A program made the position numbers and the translations under genes. Below, in pieces: positions 38,507-40,904 of a DNA stretch of 40,904 nucleotides. The notes below the pieces were generated by a model. That model worked only from the letters and a program-made list of their open reading frames with translations. It was not told the DNA's origin and searched no databases. Every line of letters begins with the position of its first letter. Position 1 is the first letter of the stretch. The DNA comes from a virus (lineage: Duplodnaviria > Heunggongvirae > Uroviricota > Caudoviricetes): the IMG/VR virus record IMGVR_UViG_2687453163_000002, positions 1 to 40,904 of that record; one strand, 5' to 3'.

Positions 38507-38865
38507 TTCGCATCCCTAAAGACAATGAACTTTGAATAGACGAAACCGCACACCAAGCTGATGGCGGAGAAGGTAACAAGAGTGACAATTGGAGGAAGTG
38601 AACATCTATCAGCAACCCATCCAACAGTAGCACTCAGTGTTCCCATGAACCCGACATATAACATGTAGCGCATCGTTGTAGTTGATGCTTTGAATGTGAA
38701 TTTTGCATTCGCAAAGAAGCTAAAACTCACAGCCACAACGAAACCTGCGAAGTTTGCCATAGCCTGATTGGTATGCGCGGCATAGATACATACACCAAAA
38801 ACCACCCAGTGTATAAGTGTGTTCAGCACGCCTATAGATGTGTACTTTGCAAATAGCTTTAACAT
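38503..38865 (-). CDS. gtrA: GtrA flippase-like small membrane protein
   Basis: 120-aa four-TM protein, first gene of the gtr operon, overlapping the gtrB start. Confidence 0.85.
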   Translation of the reverse strand: MLKLFAKYTSIGVLNTLIHWVVFGVCIYAAHTNQAMANFAGFVVAVSFSFFANAKFTFKASTTTMRYMLYVGFMGTLSATVGWVADRCSLPPIVTLVTFSAISLVCGFVYSKFIVFRDAK

Positions 38866-39154
38866 TTCTTCTATCAGCTAATAATCAAAGGCATGAAGTC
38901 TATCATCCAAGTCTCAATCGATCGATACTTGCGGTAGTTGATGAGAAAAACTCTGGCACACAAATCTTTGCACTGGATTGCAAGGCTTTGTGCTCTTCTG
39001 TGAATGTGTGGCTATATGTTTGAAGATCGTTGTGCCGTATTTGTGACATATATATGGCAACATCATTCATCAACTTTCTGTTTGTGCCATCAACTATATC
39101 TTAGTGAATGCGGTTAATGCTTGCTAAAACAGATAGTTATGATTGGTGCTACAG

Positions 39155-39218
39155 ATTCGTAATGCGAAGGTCGTAGGTTCGACTCCTATTATCGGCACCA
39201 TTTAAATCAATAAGTTAC
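39155..39218 (+). repeat. attR: attR core: 64-bp direct repeat of the tRNA-Thr 3' region
   Basis: Exact copy of 145-208; not a complete tRNA (5' half absent). Confidence 0.85.
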
Positions 39219-39663
39219 ACATCATTAGTACCTTCCTTATTTCTTGACTGGGACAAATTTGGGACCGATGGGTTCAGAATCAAGTCTATTTGCCGTGCGT
39301 GTTCGGTAAGGTGATTAGGTGCGAGGTGAGCATATCGACGAACCATTTCGATAGACTCCCAGCCTCCCATTTCCTGTAACACTGATAACGGGACTCCGGC
39401 TTGAACCAGCCAACTTGCCCAGGTGTGTCTCAAGTCGTGAAATCTGAAATCATCAATACCAGCCCGTCTCAGCGCCGCTTTCCAGGCTGTGTTTGCGTCA
39501 TACCGCATCTTCCTTACTGTTGGCGCTTTCGTTCCGTCTGGTTTGGTACAGCTTTCCTTGTACACAAATACCCAACGGTGATGATTTCCGATTTGTTTTT
39601 TCAATACGCGACATGCAGTATCATTCAGCGCAACGCCAATTGCGCGGTTTGATTTACTCTCTT
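39215..39663 (-). pseudogene. truncated second integrase (C-terminal about 150 aa only)
   Basis: Contains [42 protein letters not shown], related to but distinct from the intact int; 5' side replaced by the IS end at 39664. Confidence 0.8.
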
Positions 39664-39705
39664 TGAGGTGTACTGGCAATAGCGGACACTACCATTTGTT
39701 CTTTT

Positions 39706-40524
39706 TTAAGCAGCCATCTGATGATATTTTTCCCTGAAGGCTGCCGGGGAGATATTCCCCAGACGAGAGTGACGACGCTGACGATTGTAGAAAATCTCAA
39801 TGTATTCCCGTATTACTGAGATGGCTTCATCCCGGTTATTAAAACGATAGTGGCTCAGGCTCTCATTTTTCAGCGTTCCCCAGAAGCTTTCCATCGGAGC
39901 GTTGTCGTAACAGTTACCTTTACGCGACATTGATGTTTTCAGACCAGACTGCTCCTGTATGACCCGGTAATCGTATGCGCAGTACTGTGAACCTCGATCA
40001 GAGTGGTGGATTAGCCCGGCAGGTGGGCGCTGGCTCCTGAGCGCCATAAACAGGGCTTTACCTGTCAGCTCTTTTGTCATGCGCTCTCCCATGGCGTAGC
40101 CGACAATTTCGCACGTATAAACATCTTTGATGCCAGCGAGGTACAACCATCCCTCCTGTGTGGCAACATACGTCAGGTCCGCCACCCAGACCTGATTTGG
40201 TGCTGTAGGAGCGAACGTCTGGTTCAGCAGATTTGGCGCAACTGGCAGATTGTGGTTCGGGTTCGTAGTCGCTCTGAACTTGCGTTTCTGCTTACAGCGT
40301 AGCCTTAGCTCCTTACGAAGACGTGCCAGTCGGTCACGACCAACGATGATGCCATTCTCTGCCAGCTCCGTCTGGAGCCGCCGGGTTCCATATGTTTCGC
40401 GAGTGCGGATATGTGCCACCTTAATCTCCAGTTTTAGCCGCTCATCACTTTGTTTTCTGTCTGAGGGTTCATGCTGTACCCAGTTGTAATAACCGCTCCT
40501 GGATACACCAAATACCTGACACAT
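39706..40524 (-). CDS. IS3-family transposase OrfB (DDE integrase core)
   Basis: 272-aa ORF with DDE-type core (WVADLTY..., HSDRGSQY..., NAPMESFWGTLK). Confidence 0.85.
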   Translation of the reverse strand: MCQVFGVSRSGYYNWVQHEPSDRKQSDERLKLEIKVAHIRTRETYGTRRLQTELAENGIIVGRDRLARLRKELRLRCKQKRKFRATTNPNHNLPVAPNLLNQTFAPTAPNQVWVADLTYVATQEGWLYLAGIKDVYTCEIVGYAMGERMTKELTGKALFMALRSQRPPAGLIHHSDRGSQYCAYDYRVIQEQSGLKTSMSRKGNCYDNAPMESFWGTLKNESLSHYRFNNRDEAISVIREYIEIFYNRQRRHSRLGNISPAAFREKYHQMAA

Positions 40525-40559
40525 CGCTTCAATGGGAAATTGTTGTCGCCATTGTTCGA

Positions 40560-40904
40560 TTAACGCGTATTTTTCAGCGACTCCTGTGCAAAATACGCTG
40601 TTGCTTTTTTTAATATATCTCGCTCAAGGCGAGCTTCATTTAACGCCTTACGCAGTTGCAGAATTTCAGATTCCAGTTCAGCCAGCGTGCGGGAACCAGG
40701 AGTACCGAGCCCTTTTCTGGCGGCGGTAACCCATTGTCCTAAAGTGCCTTCAGGAAGAGATAATCGGGAAGCGCCTTCACTGATCGAAAGTTGATTTTCA
40801 AGAACCGTTCTGACAGCTTCGGCTTTGAACTCTTTAGAGTAACGTTGAACCGCCCCGGGTTTCCTGGAGAGTGTTTTATCTGTGAACTCAGGCTGCCAGA
40901 TCAT
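40560..40904 (-). CDS. IS3-family OrfA (HTH), start uncertain, runs to the window edge
   Basis: QRYSKEFKAEAVRTVLENQLSISEGASRLSLPEGTLGQWV HTH plus leucine-zipper-like C-terminus, matching recalled IS600 OrfA. Confidence 0.75.
   Translation of the reverse strand: MIWQPEFTDKTLSRKPGAVQRYSKEFKAEAVRTVLENQLSISEGASRLSLPEGTLGQWVTAARKGLGTPGSRTLAELESEILQLRKALNEARLERDILKKATAYFAQESLKNTR

Larger units (their letters stand above)
39664..40904 (-). mobile_element. IS3-family insertion sequence (IS600-like), truncated by the window end
   Basis: Terminal sequence TGAGGTGTACTGGCAATAGCGGACACT at 39664; orfA/orfB pair with overlap typical of IS3-family frameshifting. Confidence 0.7.

Noticed and set aside
38866-39154. 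Possible Dam/OxyR phase-variation switch upstream of gtrA
   Set aside because: Only two GATC sites (about 38928 and 39024) were found; I could not identify OxyR half-site pairs, so the evidence is insufficient.
39664-39679. ATG (MPVHLKE) heading the integrase-fragment ORF
   Set aside because: These codons lie within the IS terminal sequence, so the start is fortuitous and the integrase is a truncated pseudogene.

Overview
This window is an enterobacterial chromosomal segment (E. coli/Shigella-like, inferred from thrW, IS2, an IS600-like element and gtr genes) carrying a nearly complete P22-like prophage inserted at the 3' end of tRNA-Thr(CGU). The prophage is bounded by 64-bp direct repeats at 145-208 and 39155-39218. 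Gene order is: int-xis; an early-left accessory/recombination block (Ea22-like, SSB-like, erf, cIII-like, N-like antiterminator); P22-type immunity region (c2, cro, cII-like) with nut sites; an O-like initiator with internal iteron-like repeats and a DnaB-like helicase; a lambda-type nin region (ninB/D/E/F, YbcO-like, rusA, ninH); a QuuD-type Q with an embedded late promoter; two tRNA-like genes; a lambda-type lysis cassette (S, R, Rz/Rz1); an accessory block (T5orf172-domain protein, then two small ORFs plus an HslV/proteasome-like hydrolase); Sf6-like terminase; portal, scaffold, coat, and gp4/10/26/14/7/20/16 homologues; an orphan mnt; an HNH-AP2 endonuclease; tailspike; and a gtrABC O-antigen glucosylation cassette. 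The portal gene is interrupted by a complete IS2 (1331 bp, 5-bp target duplication GTTTC) and also appears frameshifted near its start, so the prophage is probably defective. Right of attR lie a truncated second integrase and a partial IS3-family element, indicating an older element at the same tRNA. The least explained content, and my best candidate for an undescribed system, is the accessory block between the lysis and packaging genes (17011-18777). All family assignments rest on reading the translations and on recalled motifs; no database search was run.
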